Shown: positions 26,207 through 40,900 of the stretch, piece by piece | How positions within the stretch are numbered: position 1 is the first letter of the stretch | Layout of the letters: every line of letters starts with the position of its first letter | DNA from: Anolis carolinensis | Lineage: Eukaryota | NCBI RefSeq assembly: GCF_035594765.1 | Contig: NC_085845.1 | Span: 182,606,897 to 182,670,896, forward strand | Reading direction: 5' to 3' | Length of the DNA stretch: 64,000 nt | Notes under the pieces: model-generated | Databases searched by the model: none | What the model was told of the DNA's origin: nothing | The model's input: only the letters and a program-made list of their open reading frames with translations | Program-made: the position numbers and the translations under genes

Positions 26207-28918
26207 GTATAAGAGTATAATGGGTTTGGGTAGCAGAAGTCTGTGTATAGACTATTAATGTGGATTCTCTCAGGGTGATACCTGGCCAAAGTCTTAGACT
26301 TGGACAAAGGAGTGTTAATAGCTATGAATGTTGTGGTAACGTTTTTCTGCTGGGAACTAATTGCCAGATACCTTTATTCCACCACTCCTAGTTAGGAATT
26401 AAATGTGATTTATGTCTGTCTGCGAAGGGTAACAATAGAAACCACGGTCTGAATGAGGAAATGTGGTTTGTGAGTGAAGCATAGACCAAACATAACAAGA
26501 GTTTTGTTCTGCAAGTTCACAGTTTTTTTTATTGTTAATTGCCTCTCTGGAGATCTGAACTCTGGCTATGAATTGGTTTGTCTGTTAGAATGTTAAGATT
26601 TGCCTGTATTCCACTTGTATATTTGAGAATACATTTAAATACTGAACAATATCAAAGCCTCCAATTATATTTATCCAAAGGAAGCTAAGCTCTTGTAAGT
26701 GTTGAATGTCTGGAACTTGAGATCACCCAGACAAGGAGACTGTATGTAAGAAGGAGGGTAGGAATAGAATTCAGAAACATCATATAAAGAATTGCACATT
26801 TCAGAGGATGAATAGTAGGTTGTATGGCTTTTCCATATAATGGCCTGACCATTAGGCATTTGGTTGTTTAGCCTGGCTCCCACATAAATTTTCTTGGTGT
26901 AGGAAGGCACATGGTTGAAAACTGTTTGGGTTTGCATTTTGTCAAGGTTGAAACTAGATAGAGATTTGCATATAATTGAACAGAAATCTGCATGTAGCCC
27001 TTGAACTGCAGGCCTTCCACGTGCACATTATTCATTTTGGAAGTTTGACAAAATATAGGTTTACAATGTGTGTGTGTGTTTTGGCTCCTAACCTGTGCAA
27101 GTGTTACGGATTTCCACTGCAAAATGTCTTATAGGAGGAAGACATTTTGCAGTGGAAATCCAGTGAAATTCAGGCCTGAGTTAAGACTGGGGGGGAAACC
27201 AAGTTGATGAGCTGCATAAGTGAAGAAATCAGAATGTTATAAGAAAGGAGGCTGAAGATAATTTTGGGGGGCAATCTCCTACAGTTCCATGGCCCTCGTG
27301 GGCACCTGTGAATTTGTACACAAGTGTGAAACTACCCATATGTGCTGTTAAAAAGTAGTTCAGTGCAGCTTTATATAACACAAGATGTTTCTTTGAAAAA
27401 GTACACACACTCCTCTTTCTTGTCAGAGTTCCAGATCATAATTCATGACTTGTATTGCATTTTGGAACAAAAAAAATACGTATAATGTCTATACTGAACA
27501 CATTTTATGTAGCTACATCAACTTAAATGACATGTGCAAAAAGCAAAAAGCTTACATAAATCTTACATAGTACAGCCAGATTGAGAATAGAATGTGTTAT
27601 CTGAAAATGGATATCATAACTCCAAACTATGTCAGAGTAGAGAGGATCAATTACTTAGCACATTTTATAGAAGATGATCTGAACATTGGTCTGCAACTAG
27701 GGATTGAGAACAGGAGGCATTTATAACAGTGAGGAAAAAAATAATTGTTTCTCTCCATCATAATACTGAAACAATTTCCCAGGGGATGTGATCATTTGCT
27801 CTGGAGGGAGAACTACAATTCACACTATGTGACTATCTTTTGGAATACCCTGTTGTATAATGTAGAGACAACCATTAATTTAGATGGCTTTACAATGAAG
27901 TTAGACAAATTCTTGGAGGAACAGTGTACTAGGTAATTGATTTTAAAGGCTTTCTGTTTTATGTACACTATGTGAATTAGATCAGATCTGCAAGTGCAGG
28001 CTGAGAGATGGTTTCAGGGTTTGTCCTCTTAGGATTGATAGGCCTATAAAGTTTATCAAGTGGCCCCTCAGGAGCTCTTTGAATACTTACGTGGGAAAGA
28101 TCCTGCAAACTGTAGTATGTTATCAGTAATCCGATATACTTACTGTATGTAGTTTATAACCACATTTTTGTGTGCATTTTATTTTGAGCCTAAGTTCTGG
28201 GAAACAATCTTGGCTGAAAGGCTGGATATAAATATAGTAAATGTTGGATGCTCCCTGCTTCAGGGCTGAGCAAAGCCTGAGTCTTTGCTTCTTCATAAGC
28301 TAGTGTAAGATTTTGTTTTAAATTCAGATTGCTTCAGTGGCCAGGAATATGCTGTTTGACACAATAAGGGAATGACTTTAAATGGTTATGAAAGCAAAAT
28401 GGAACCACTGGGTTCAGAGAAAACCCACTTTTCAAATAGCAGTGGTCACATTCAGTCCTTTGCACTAATTTGCTGGGACTGTTCGCTAAAATTGTTGAAA
28501 CACAAAGACTGAGGAGGTTAAAAGAAGAATCAGAAGTTGCAAAGGGGTGGGACTGATAGAAACTGTACCAGATAAGGAGGTTAGAGAGAAGAGGGCCAAA
28601 GGGAGTAAGGACTGGATCCTCTGCAATAAGGAGCATGGGAACTGGTTATTATGTAGACCAGGGGTCCTCAAACTTTTTAAGCCGAGGGCCGGTCCACAAT
28701 CCTTCAAACTGTTGAGGGGCCGGATTATCATTTGAAAAAAAAAATACAAATTCCGATGCACACTGTACATGTCTTATTTGTAGTGCAAAAACAACAACAA
28801 TGAAAGAACAATACAATATTTAAAAATAAAAATAATTTTAACCAACATACATTTATCAGGATTTCAATGAGAAGTGTACTCCTGCTTCTGGCCAATGAGA
28901 TAGTCAAGTTAATTAGGG

Positions 28919-28955
<37 letters not shown>

Positions 28956-31900
28956 GTGCCTTCAAGTCATTTCAAACTTTGGGCGAGCCTAAGTCTAAAA
29001 TGTATGTATTTATTATTTATTTATTTACTGCATTTATTTACTACATTTGTATCACACCCTTCTCACCCCAAAGGGGACTCAGAGTGGCTTACAAATTATA
29101 TGTACATACAATATATTATTAGCATAACACAATATTAGCATTATATATTATTTTATTGAACTATACTGTAATATTATTAGTAATATTATATGTAATATAG
29201 AATATATAATTAATATTATTATACGGTATTATTATTAGTGTTATATTGTATTACATTATAATATTATTATCAATATTATATGTATATACAATATATTATA
29301 TTATAAAACTGAGGGCGGGGGCCAGGTAAATGACCTCGGAGGGCCACATCCGGCCCCCGGGCCTTAGTTTGGGGACCCCTGATGTAGACCAAAGGTGGAT
29401 AAGTTCTGTGGTCCAGTAGCCAATGTTCAGTATCCACAGCAGGCTGTGTCACATCCCTGCTTTGGAAAGAAATGTTTTTAGGCTCAAAAAGGACTCCAAA
29501 GCAACTGATGATAAAATACAACAAAGAAGGTTGAAAAAACAACTACCTAAGCATGATGTACGTAATGGTGATTTTTTTTCCAGACAAAACTGAAAGAAAG
29601 AGCAGAGAAGATCTCAACTTGAATTGAGTTTTTCAATTTGTTGCACATCTCAATCAGGTCATACTTCTGAAGGTGGTGAACTTTATAGCAGAGCCTCTGA
29701 TCTTAAATGCAGTGGGTGGGAAGGATTTTGCTAGAAGAGGTAGATCTTCACAAATCCTAGCCTAGGACTATTGGTATACAGAAGTGAGGACCAGCACTTC
29801 AAATTGTGCCTGAAAATGGAATGGAAGGTAAAGCAGATTAAAATTCCAGCTCTGTATCAAGAATTAAGCTCCCACTGAGCTCAATTGTGCACAGCTCCTG
29901 TAAGAATGTTTTTTGAGATTGCAGCTTTAATAAACTTTCATCTACATGTAAATGAATGCTAACACAATAGTGATGTTATTGCTAGAAGTACAAACTATAT
30001 ATATATACATCTATATATACATATACATACACACACACACACACACATATAATTAACTCATTTATATATCCTGCCTTCTCCCAGTAATTGAATTTGAGGT
30101 TGCTTAAAGGTTGAGTCCCCTTCGGGGAGATAAAGTGGGGTATAAATAAATAAATAAATAAATAATGACATAATTATGAAACCCAGCACAGATTAAAAAC
30201 AGAAACTGATATGTGTCATTTATAAACAAGCCATTTAAAATTAATTAAAATGTAAAATAAACAAATGAATACAAAGAGTAACATAACATTAAAAGCTGTC
30301 AATTCCTAAAAGCCTGACAGAATAAAGAAGTGTTGACTTGCTGGTAATGTTGAGCCATGGTAGTTAAAGTGGTTTCATACTGCATTGATTCTACAATGCA
30401 GATGCACCCTGAGTCTATGAGAGATTATCTAGCACTAGAAATTTCTTCTTCTCAGTCTCAAACTAACTTCTTCTAGATCTCTTTATTTTTTATGTCAAAA
30501 CTAACACGATTATTTCTTTGAATATATTTATTGTTGTTTTCTGTTGGAAGTGGGAAGGTATTAACTCCTCCACATTTTGCCTCCTACCCAAGATGCACAA
30601 TGAGTCATAAGTCTGGTGAATCATTAAACAGTTTTTTGTCACTTCGAGAAAACACGCCTGCATTACAGACCTTCTGAGGCTAGGGGCTGCATGTGGGTTT
30701 AAATTAATAATGCACAATTCAAGTATTATCTCTCTCCTTTGACTCCCATCTCATGGATTCATTTTTTCCCCGAAGGACAGTATTTTCTTTGAAAAAAAAC
30801 AAACAAAAACATTGGAAACCAATTCTAATTCCTATAGTAACAAGGAACCTAATTGATCTGTTCACAGAAAAATTAGTTTGTCTTATGCAAATAATGACAG
30901 CCAAGTGTTAAATCCTGTATGGGATTCTCTCAAAGATGTCTCAGATTACTCAGACTGCATATAGTGGGGCGAGGTTTATGTCTGCTTCTAATAATTTTTT
31001 GATGGAATAGGGGTAGAAAACTTGATATATCCAAGAATTTTGGAGAAAACTTGGAAAAGTTACTTTTGGGGCTATACTGCCTGTAATTCCTCTGCTCAGT
31101 TGACCATTGCCCATAATGGCTGGGCTCTCTGGAATTCACCTGAAGCTCTAGTTTGGATCTGGGCAGCCCAGGTCAGTGGGAATTGTCCAAAATACCGGGA
31201 GTAGCCCTTCCCTAAGCCTTGGATCCCATATTGGGAGAAAGCAGGATAAACAAACAAACGAAAATAAATTATGCTTGTGTGTTATCATAAAAGGCTATAA
31301 AGTATAAACAGCCTGGCAAGGAGGAGACTTGATCCTGTGGTCTTTATGCCACTTCAGGGCAAAAGGTAGCAATGTTAGGGTAGGTATTTGTGTGTGATGC
31401 ATGGTGTTAATAAGCTGTGCTGTGTGTGTGTATATATATATATATATTTAGGAAGTGGTATCTGAGAACAAGCAGTGATATTTGCAATGACCTGGACTAG
31501 TTGTGGTCCTTGTCCAAGGTGCACTGCTCTTCCCTTAAGGACACAGTAAGAACCCCATTTTTATTAGCATAATGTAATGGTTTGAATTCTTGGAGTCCAC
31601 TGGGTGAACTTGAGTGAGATATATTTTTCATGCCTTTGGAGAAAATAATGATGCCTCCTAAATCTTTCCAAGAAGAAGAAGAAAAACCACTTACTGTGGC
31701 AGCTAGATGCTTTTTGAATGTCCTTAAGGGGCTAGGATGTGCCCACCTTCACTATGAAAAATGATATTATTTAATCATTTAATGTATTTATTATCATTCT
31801 TTTATCCCATTATGGAATTTAGGGCAGCACACCCATAAGGTTTCCAGGTGGTTTTCCCTCCAGATGCTAACCAGACTTGAATCTGCTCTAGTGCACTCTC

Positions 31901-34900
31901 GAATCATGCTAATGAATATGAATTTAAAATTTAACTCTTGTTCTGGCCATCATTTTAGAAACCATTGAGTCACAGGTCAAGCTTTAAGCAAGAACCTCTC
32001 ATAGCCTTTGCTGTGCTCAGTATATATTGCTGTACAGGCAATTTCAAGAAGGGGGGGGGGGAGAGAAATGTGTGCTATTGTAGCCCTTTTATGCTACTTC
32101 TTTAGAGTTGTTGGATGTCAAATTTCACACAAATTTGTTCAGCTGCTAGTCAGTTTAAGAAGTGAGACTAGTATAGGCTTGCAGAATGGACTATTTTCCT
32201 CCAGGGTGGGAGGCAGCATCATATTTCCAATGAAAGCTCCAAGCACATCAAGGAAATAGCTTTGTAAAATGCTTATTTTATTATAGTTTCTAGCATGCTA
32301 GGCCAGATGCCTTTACATCCTCCACATCCCACAAGCCTGTAGCAATAGACTTGTGGTTTACCTTGATCAAGGTTTGCCTTCATTGCTGCTGTGGTTTTAG
32401 ATCATAAAGCAGTATTGGGGCCTGACACAGCTTGTCTTGTAAAAAGTCTCTCCTGGATTCTAGCAGTTAAAATATTAAATTTTCTGTTTCTGTCTGCATG
32501 CAAGATCCTTATTTAGTTAGCGTGCTTTAGATGAGGCTTAAATAAGGCCAAGAAGAGGTTTAGATTGTGAGCCCTCCTAAAACTGAGAAATGTCCCTTCA
32601 AAACCCATCTTCCCCCAGGTACTATATTCCTAAATCAAAAAAGGTCACTTGGTGTCTTACATATGGAGAATGTTACCCCAAATCTTACTAAAGTTTAGTT
32701 ATATTCACATACAGTGGTGCTTAACTTACGAAAAAAAGAAAGTCTTCAAAAGTGAGAAAGAGATGGTAAGAGTGATGTTTGACTTTGTGTGGAATTTTAC
32801 AATGATTCCAATTTCATAAAGTTTCTTAGGCAAGAAATGCTTGGAGATTATTTGAAGTACAGCCTAGGGCGCTTCCTATTCATTGTCATTATTTCACCCA
32901 AGTACTAATCAAGGTTGGGTCTACCTAGCTTCAAACATCAGTCAGGAATTAGTACTCTTAGGGTATTTAGGCCCAGATAATTCCTTGTCTGTGCTGAAAT
33001 GGCATTGGCCCACCCAATGTGCTTAGTCCAGTGAGCCCAGTGATTTTGACACAAGTTCTGCATCTGTAAGTTTGTATCATACTGGCCTATTACATTCCTT
33101 GATGTTGAGCCACACAATTGCTTCTTGCAGCTCAGTATTCTCCATCTTGACCAACAGTGATTCTCCAAAGTCCAGGATAGAGAGTCTCTCCTTCCTTTTC
33201 CAAAACCTCCCTGCAATCTCAAATGCCAGGGACTGCACCTAGAATTTGCCCACGGTCTTTGGCTCTTTCATTTAAAAACTTCATGGGTAAAACTTAAGTG
33301 GGTGTAATCTGGAGCAATGCTAGAGTTGAAGGCCTCTGTATTGACGGGTAGGGCAGCATCGTAAATTATCACATCAAAGCCCTTCAAGGTGGACGGTATA
33401 TAAGGAGGAGGGAGAACATCCTCCCACAACTTTTCTGTTTTTTGTGGGTTAGAGAAGTGAGTGCAGAAGTTATACTACTCTCAGAAGAGTAAAGCTTTCC
33501 AAATGTCCTAATTTGTGTCAGATACTCCCATCTAAGAACAGTTTTGGTTGAATTAGTTGCCATATTATTATGTGAGGTTCATTTTGGAGGGACTGGTGGA
33601 GACAATATTGAGCCGCAAGCAAGGAACAGTCATTTGGCTTGCCATCATGCAACAATGTAGCCTTGTATGATGCAAATTTACAGCAACAGAAGTTTGTCAA
33701 AATCCCATGGTAAAGAGAGGTTAAAGAAACAAATGGTACCTTCTAAACAAACATTTTTGCTGTGCTCCAAATGGGGAAAGCTGCATATTGGACATTCATT
33801 GGGTGGAGCAAGCAGAATTGAGATCCCATGTCAAAAAAGCCAGCCATGACACCAAGGCATGGTGGCATTGTGCAGTAATAGCAGCAGAGGGTATCTTTTT
33901 GAATGAAAAAGCTGCATGATCATGCAGAATTTTTTCTTTATAATGAAATATTCCCAATGTATACATTTATAAAAAGAGAGGTACATAACCTTTAACTCTT
34001 CTCAATTGGCAGAGATAGTCCTGATGAATCCTCTTTTCTCCAGGACTCCAATATCTTGGCCCCTCAGTCCTAGAAACGAGAAACATACTGTAATTTTACC
34101 CAGTGCTGAAATGGGGAAAAAGATATCATACATGTGTTGAGAAGCTGTTAACCCATACGAAGAATAAGCTCTGATGTAGAAAGCAAATTCCAGGGCTAAA
34201 CCCTTGAAAAATCTATGCTTGCAGTTGAGTAGTGACTATCCTTAAAACAAAGAGAGCTTTTAAAAGTGTCTGTTTCACTCATACTCTTGCGTTCCACTTC
34301 CCCACACTCCCTCTTTCTGTTCAGTCTTTCCACACTGATGGTCTAAAAATGGTTTCAGTGTTTGGTTGCTGCACAGTCCTTTCTTTGTCAGGAGCAAGCC
34401 AACAGCTTGCCTTTCATTATCTGTTGCAGTAGCCAGAGCTGAAAGAGGGGAGTCAGTGGGTGGGAGAGGGACCCCTGTCCCGGAACAACAATTAGTTCCT
34501 TTGTAGATGAATGCTGCCTCTCACCTGGTGGAACTGAGCTGTAAGCTAGCATTGCAGAGGCAGCCAAAAGATGTTGATTCCTCCTTTGGCACCTTATTTG
34601 AAGATGTTGGGCATGGCACCCAGAGCAAAACCAGTGTGTTTCAAGGTGAAAGAAGCTGCTGCTAAGGACAGCAATAAAAGGGAGCAAAAGCAGGATGTTG
34701 TTTGTTGGTTATCTTATATCAGAGTTTGGAACATAGTTGTTTTTAAAGAAAAGTGACACACTATCCTTTCTGGCAAATGAATTACATTACTGCTTCCATT
34801 GCTAACACCTAAAATATTTGAACTGCAGATCTCTAGAATTTACATCTACATTGCATTTGCATATGCCATTGCATACCAACATTACACATGGTGTTCATGT

Positions 34901-37900
34901 GCATGAACTTTTAAGTTGCCTGTTAACTCTTTGAGTTTATTGGGGCTCTTTTATGCTATACAATTACAGCACTGTGATTGCACTTTAACTGTCATGGTTG
35001 TATCCTATGGAATGTTGGGATTTGTAGTGCAAACATGGGCATTGGAGTAGAATCCTGGGATTTGCAGTTTAGGAAAGAGTATTTAGAACCATCACACAGA
35101 AAAATCTAGTCCCTCAAACTAGAAATTCTACAATTCCAAGGGATTTTGCCATGGCAATTAAAGGTGCATCATAGCACTGTAATTGTGTAGCGTGACAATT
35201 TGACTTTGGTATAAAGCAGTCTGTTATATTAATAAATCATCATGTAGATGTAACAAAAAATGGGACCATTGTGATATATATTCTTAATAAAAACATCATG
35301 CACATGGAACCAAAGAAATGGGGGTAAATGCAATTTAACTGCTGTCAAGAGGGAAGGATATTAATAGCAAATAAAAGAAGTTCATGGTGTTCACTGTCAT
35401 GTCTTTGGCATACGTTAACGGTTGGCACTTCCGGAAAATTTGTCTTCATATATATACGAATGAAGAAGAATCTCTTGAACATAGAGACTATACTAAAAGA
35501 AATTATAGTTATCATTTGTTATACAGTTATCCTTCTTGGCAGAGCCTGGATTACTGTTTTGAAGTGTCTGATTACAGGATGTGTACATATTTATATTTGC
35601 TCATAATCTTTTTGGCTTGGCCCATCGTTATTCAAATTATATCTTCCTTTGCCAGCAGGGAAGGTTAAGATTACACCACAAAGTAATTACTAGCATCAGA
35701 TATACACATGCCCCCTCCCTGTTGTTCAATTGAAGGCTGCAGGCACAGGAGGCTGGAAGGGGAGGACCACAGCAATGATTTTACTCTTGATTTTAGTTTT
35801 CCCTGCTACTTTTGTGGCTACAGCTTTGTGTAATTGCATTCTGCTGCAATAAATGTTGGCTCTCCTGGAGTTGGGCAAGAGTATTCATCACTTTCTGTGT
35901 ATTTCATTCCTGGTAAAGAAAACTTGTTAGCTGGAAGAGGAAAAAAACAGGCTGCCCTGATATGGTTTTTCAGTAATATTTTTTGACAAAGGTCTTGGAG
36001 AAGGGAGTTTTCAATGGCTATTCGCTTTAGTTAACACAAATGAGTTTCCACCTTCAGGGGCAATTTATACCCATCTGATGTGCTTGGAACCTAGATTGGT
36101 GAAGAGGCCTGTGGTGTTCATTTCCTGCTTTCCCTGGAAGAAATAGAGGTGGAAAAGATGCAGGAAAAATGGTTAAAGGGAAATGATTGGGGTGAGGGAA
36201 GAGTCTCCCCCCCCCCCCTTATGAGGATAATTTATACAAATTTGGGCTGCTGGGCCATCTATCAATTGTAAATCTATGTACAATTTAGTATTTGTGCTGC
36301 TGAAGCAAGCACTAATGTATGTACAAAGCACTGTACATCTTGGGGGAAAAAGTATGAGACATAATAGGATGTAGATAAACTACACATAAAACAGACGAAT
36401 GGAAAAATGTTTTGCTTCTTTGCTCTTAAGAAAAGACCTGGGAGTCAACAAACTAAGCGCTGAAAAATTCAGAGCAGCATAATTGAAATTGTGTAATTCA
36501 CAGCCGCAAGATGTAGTTATGACTTTTCAAAAGGGATTGGATGAATTCATGGGGACTACTGATGGCTAGTAATCAGGGTAGTTGTTCAAGTCACTTATAG
36601 TAATGAAAGCAATATGCTGAAAATATTAGATGGAACATGCAGTTTACTCTCATTTGGCTTGTGAGCTAATTGGTTAGCTACTGTGTGAACAGAATTGTGG
36701 TTTAAATTGTCATTCAGTTTTGGGCTTGCCTTACATTCTACTGGGCTACTAGTGGGGGGAAAATCCTATTGGGAACAGCCTTCCCTGGTTTGGCACCTTT
36801 CGTTAAGGTTGAACGATTACTCCCATACCCAGTTGGAGAAGGATCCCCTTTTAGAGGAAGTACACTTTTTATGTAGTTTTTGTTTACAAAGGGGGAGTGT
36901 TTGAGTCAACCAGTGCTGATGTAGAGAGTTGGGAGACCTTAAGAGCTGTGAAGCTATTCATTTGCTGATGAATGAAGTGGGTTAAAGAACCAGCTTGATT
37001 TTCTGAGTGTTGAACTATCTTGTTTTTTAAGTGATTTTCAATCAAGTATTGGGAGTAATGTGAAGGCACAGAGCCAGCTACAGAAATTATGACATAAGCT
37101 GTGCATTCTGTTAGCAGAAACTCTTGTGTGGACCCCCAGCTGCTTTGCGTAATGACTTGTTTAGTCTTGTTTAGTCCTTTGGTAGCAGCTTTCAGTAATT
37201 ATCTTGTTTTCAGTTCCCAACCAATCCACCTTCACCCCAGGGCTATGGTTAGGCTGCACTTTAAAGCCACAAATTTCTCCAAGAAGTAACAGCCTGGGAG
37301 GGGAGTTAGAAAGCTTTGCTAAATGAGTTAAATGGTGTCTCCCCAGATTTCTTCTCCTTGGCTGTGATTGCTTTTGTTCATCCCCCCTGTTATAATGAAA
37401 ATCTGTCTGTTCTGGCTGCTGATTTTCTCACCTTCTGTGTTTACTCGTCTACTAGCTGACTTGGACAATGAAAACTGGTGCCTGGGTTCAGAACTTACAT
37501 CAACCACTGTAAAGACAGAACCATCTGTGGGAGAAGCACCGGGCCTTGCACCCTCCATCAGCCTCACCACCACCCCTATTCCCACAGCCCTGGAAGGAGA
37601 TGAACCCCAGACACAGGATAATGGCATGGTATGATGTACTTTGTAGTCAGTCTTTTAACTGGGCAGGTTGATTATGAACTTCATCCTAGGACAGAGGACT
37701 TCACTAGCTATTTCAGGGATTGTCTACTGTGACAGTGGCTATCCAGTGTCTCTCCAGTCAGCTGCTTGTTGTTATTGTATGCACTCAAGTTGTTTTCAGC
37801 TTACAATAACCTTCAGGCAAAGAAAAATCTAAAGTTGAGGTCAATTTGAAAGTAGAGAACAATAAAAAGGACAGAAAACTGATTTGCTGCTGGTCTTCTC

Positions 37901-40900
37901 GAGAACTGTTCCATGTTAAACAATAACAATAGCAGTCCTGCAATCTCTACTAGATCTATGCAGGAAGCCTGGCAAATAAGGCCATATGAAATACCTTCAG
38001 CTGTAACATTAGTGATTCCTGTTAAAGTATCTCACTCCACACTCTAATTTGTATAGATAAATTGATTGGACACTATAGAAAAGGGTAATTTATACAGAGA
38101 GAAGGACTTCTACCTTTCAGCTATCTCCTTAGAGGAATTACAATAACCTTTACACCCATACAGGGCAAAAAATCCATATCTCTCCTTAAATTACACACAT
38201 GCACACATATATGCACGAATCAGATCTGGATTGATAGATTCTGGTTATTACTGATAGCCCCAAGGGACTGATATCTAGGCTGTGTGACCTTTTCCTTAAT
38301 AAAACGACTGTTGCCTAGAAGTTTGATTTCTCTTTCAACTCTGTCCTTCAGGCTAAATCGCTGAGTCACAAATCTCTTCCGGAGATCAAATTGGAGCCAC
38401 ACGAAGTGGATCAGTTCCTCAACCTTTCTTCAAAGGAAGGTATGTCATTTATCCTCAATGTTTTGACATTTTATAGGCAGCAGGAGAACAGTATTCCCAT
38501 CTAAATGGAATGTGTTGGAATTTATAATTTCCATTCAGATTTAGGCACTGGGAAAGCTACACTTGGGAAGAAGCTGATTTAATATTAAAGTTTAAGACTT
38601 CACTCTAGCATTTAGAAATTGAATTTAGGCATTGGAAGAAAAGGGGCAAAGTGAACCGAGAATGTGAACACAACAGATATGAGAGAGCTGAGTGTTAATG
38701 ACTTTCAATGTCTTACTCTCTGCAGTGCTAAAACTTGGGAGCAGAATCCTTGTTTGGAGAGGCAATGTTCTCTCTTCTTTACTTCTTACTAGTAGCTACT
38801 CTCCTGGGCCAGACCAAGATGTTTTATTGCTTCAAGTGGAATACACAATGATTACTATTCCTTCTTTGGAAGAGGTGGGGAAAGTGTGGCCCTCATACAG
38901 AGCCCAAGTTTCCTTGTGGGTCCCTAGATCTCCTTCACCCTCATTCTGGCTTCCAGAAGGCAAGCATCACTTCTGGAAATCTCCCCACATGACAACTTCT
39001 ACCTTACAGAATGATTAGAAAAAACAGAAGTTGCAACTTAAAATGACTTATCATTAATTGTTTTCAGCTGAAAATTGCAGTGAGGTGGCTCACTGTGGGT
39101 CTTTGGTAGAAGTCAGCCCTGGAACCTTCTGTGGCTGACCACTCCTGGTGTATAGATACTGATTAGCCACACATTGAGTGATATTCTCCAAACTGCTGAT
39201 GTAATTGCATTCTCCATTTCATCTGAGGGCTGCTGGTTGACTTAGGAAGTTGGGGCCAGTGTGTTTGGAATACACAGCTCTTTCCTTTAATGGAGGGGAA
39301 TGGCTTGAGGCTGCTGACCCCTCTGCACCATATGTTATCAAAGGCAGCTGTCTCTTCTTACCTAGCAGTGGGGTTGGTTATTCCTTATTTTTGTCATTTC
39401 ATACATGCATGGGGAAGGCAGATAAGGAGAAAATGGCAGGATAGCCAGAAGGCCCTGGAGGTCAACAGTGGGCTTTATTCTGGTGTATGTTCTTGACTAG
39501 AGCTTGGAAAAGCTAATTTTTCACATTGCAATTCACAGGCTCCTCCAGGCAGCATGACCATGGTACTTCTCTTGTTTGGATATGTATAGGTGCCATGAAG
39601 AAGTGATTCTTCCTCACCTAGCAGTTTCACCTTAGAGATCCTAGCTTATATAAAGTTCCTTTAGTTTGTTAGATAACTCTATCTTAATACTGACTAACAA
39701 AAGCAGGACACTCAGCCATAATCAGGGCAGGATGGCTATCTGTGAAGTTCTGGAGTTTTTGTTGAGTTTCTCTGATAAGATAAGACTCACAGATATATCA
39801 GTTCTTGTGTCAGTAGCTACTTCCTTGCCATGTTTTCTGTGAATGTGCTTTTAATTGCATTATTAAACTTTAACTTTCCTGGTTAGGATGATTTTAAATC
39901 AACAGAGAATTCATTGGCACATTCATAAAATCTTTTTTAATATAAGTGTCTGGCTAAACAGAGTGAATTCATAAAACTGTGGTTCCCAGGGCTTCTGAGA
40001 GAGGAAGCTACAATAATGACAATTGTATAATTGTTTTACTTGTTGGTATGCCCTTAGTGCTCTGGCTTCTATATTATGTGAAACTGGAATATTACATGAT
40101 TGTGGACCATAGACTGAGATCCCTCATTTTCTCTTTTGCATTTTTGAAACTCTTTGGCTTTTTTTTAAGTTCACACATATTGTGGGGTTTGTTCTGGTGT
40201 AAAAAACTTCCCACCTCATCTCTTACCTTCTTTCATGTGCTTGACTTTGAGAAATATATTTTAGTTTGTTAAACCGGTTCACATTGATTTCCAAACAGGC
40301 AAATTGTGTTTGGACATGCTAGTGCTTAAACCATGGTTCCTTGGTTCAGTTGTCACAGGGAAACTCTAACTGAACAAACCACAGTATTTTCCCCATGACC
40401 ACACTTGTGAAAAGAGTGATACATGGGGAGGATGACTTGGGAGTGTCACATTTTTACTGTAATTTTCAGAATCCCCCATCGGTACATATTCTGTCTGAAG
40501 GACTCTGCTAGTAGTAGTCCAAAAAAATAATTTCCGGATTATAAGTGAAAATTGTGGGCAAATAGGACTAATTTTGTATCAAATGAACCATGTGGATAAG
40601 ATTGCTCACATCTGAAAGGGAGCAACGTTTCTGCTAATGTTTAAGACAAATTTTCTGATTTTCTTTTTGTCCCTGTTTTGTTTCTCTTGCAGCAGTGGAC
40701 ACCCTGCACATGCCCCCAACCCCTCCCAGCAGCCACGGCAGTGATTCAGAAGGCAGCCAGAGCCCAGCCAGGTCCCTCCCACCATCAAGTCCCACACAGT
40801 TGCAAGCCACTGTCAAAGTGACATCACGCTCAGCTTCAGCGCTCACCAATTCCCCTCTCTTAACAGCGCCACATGTAATAATAATAATAATAATAATTTT

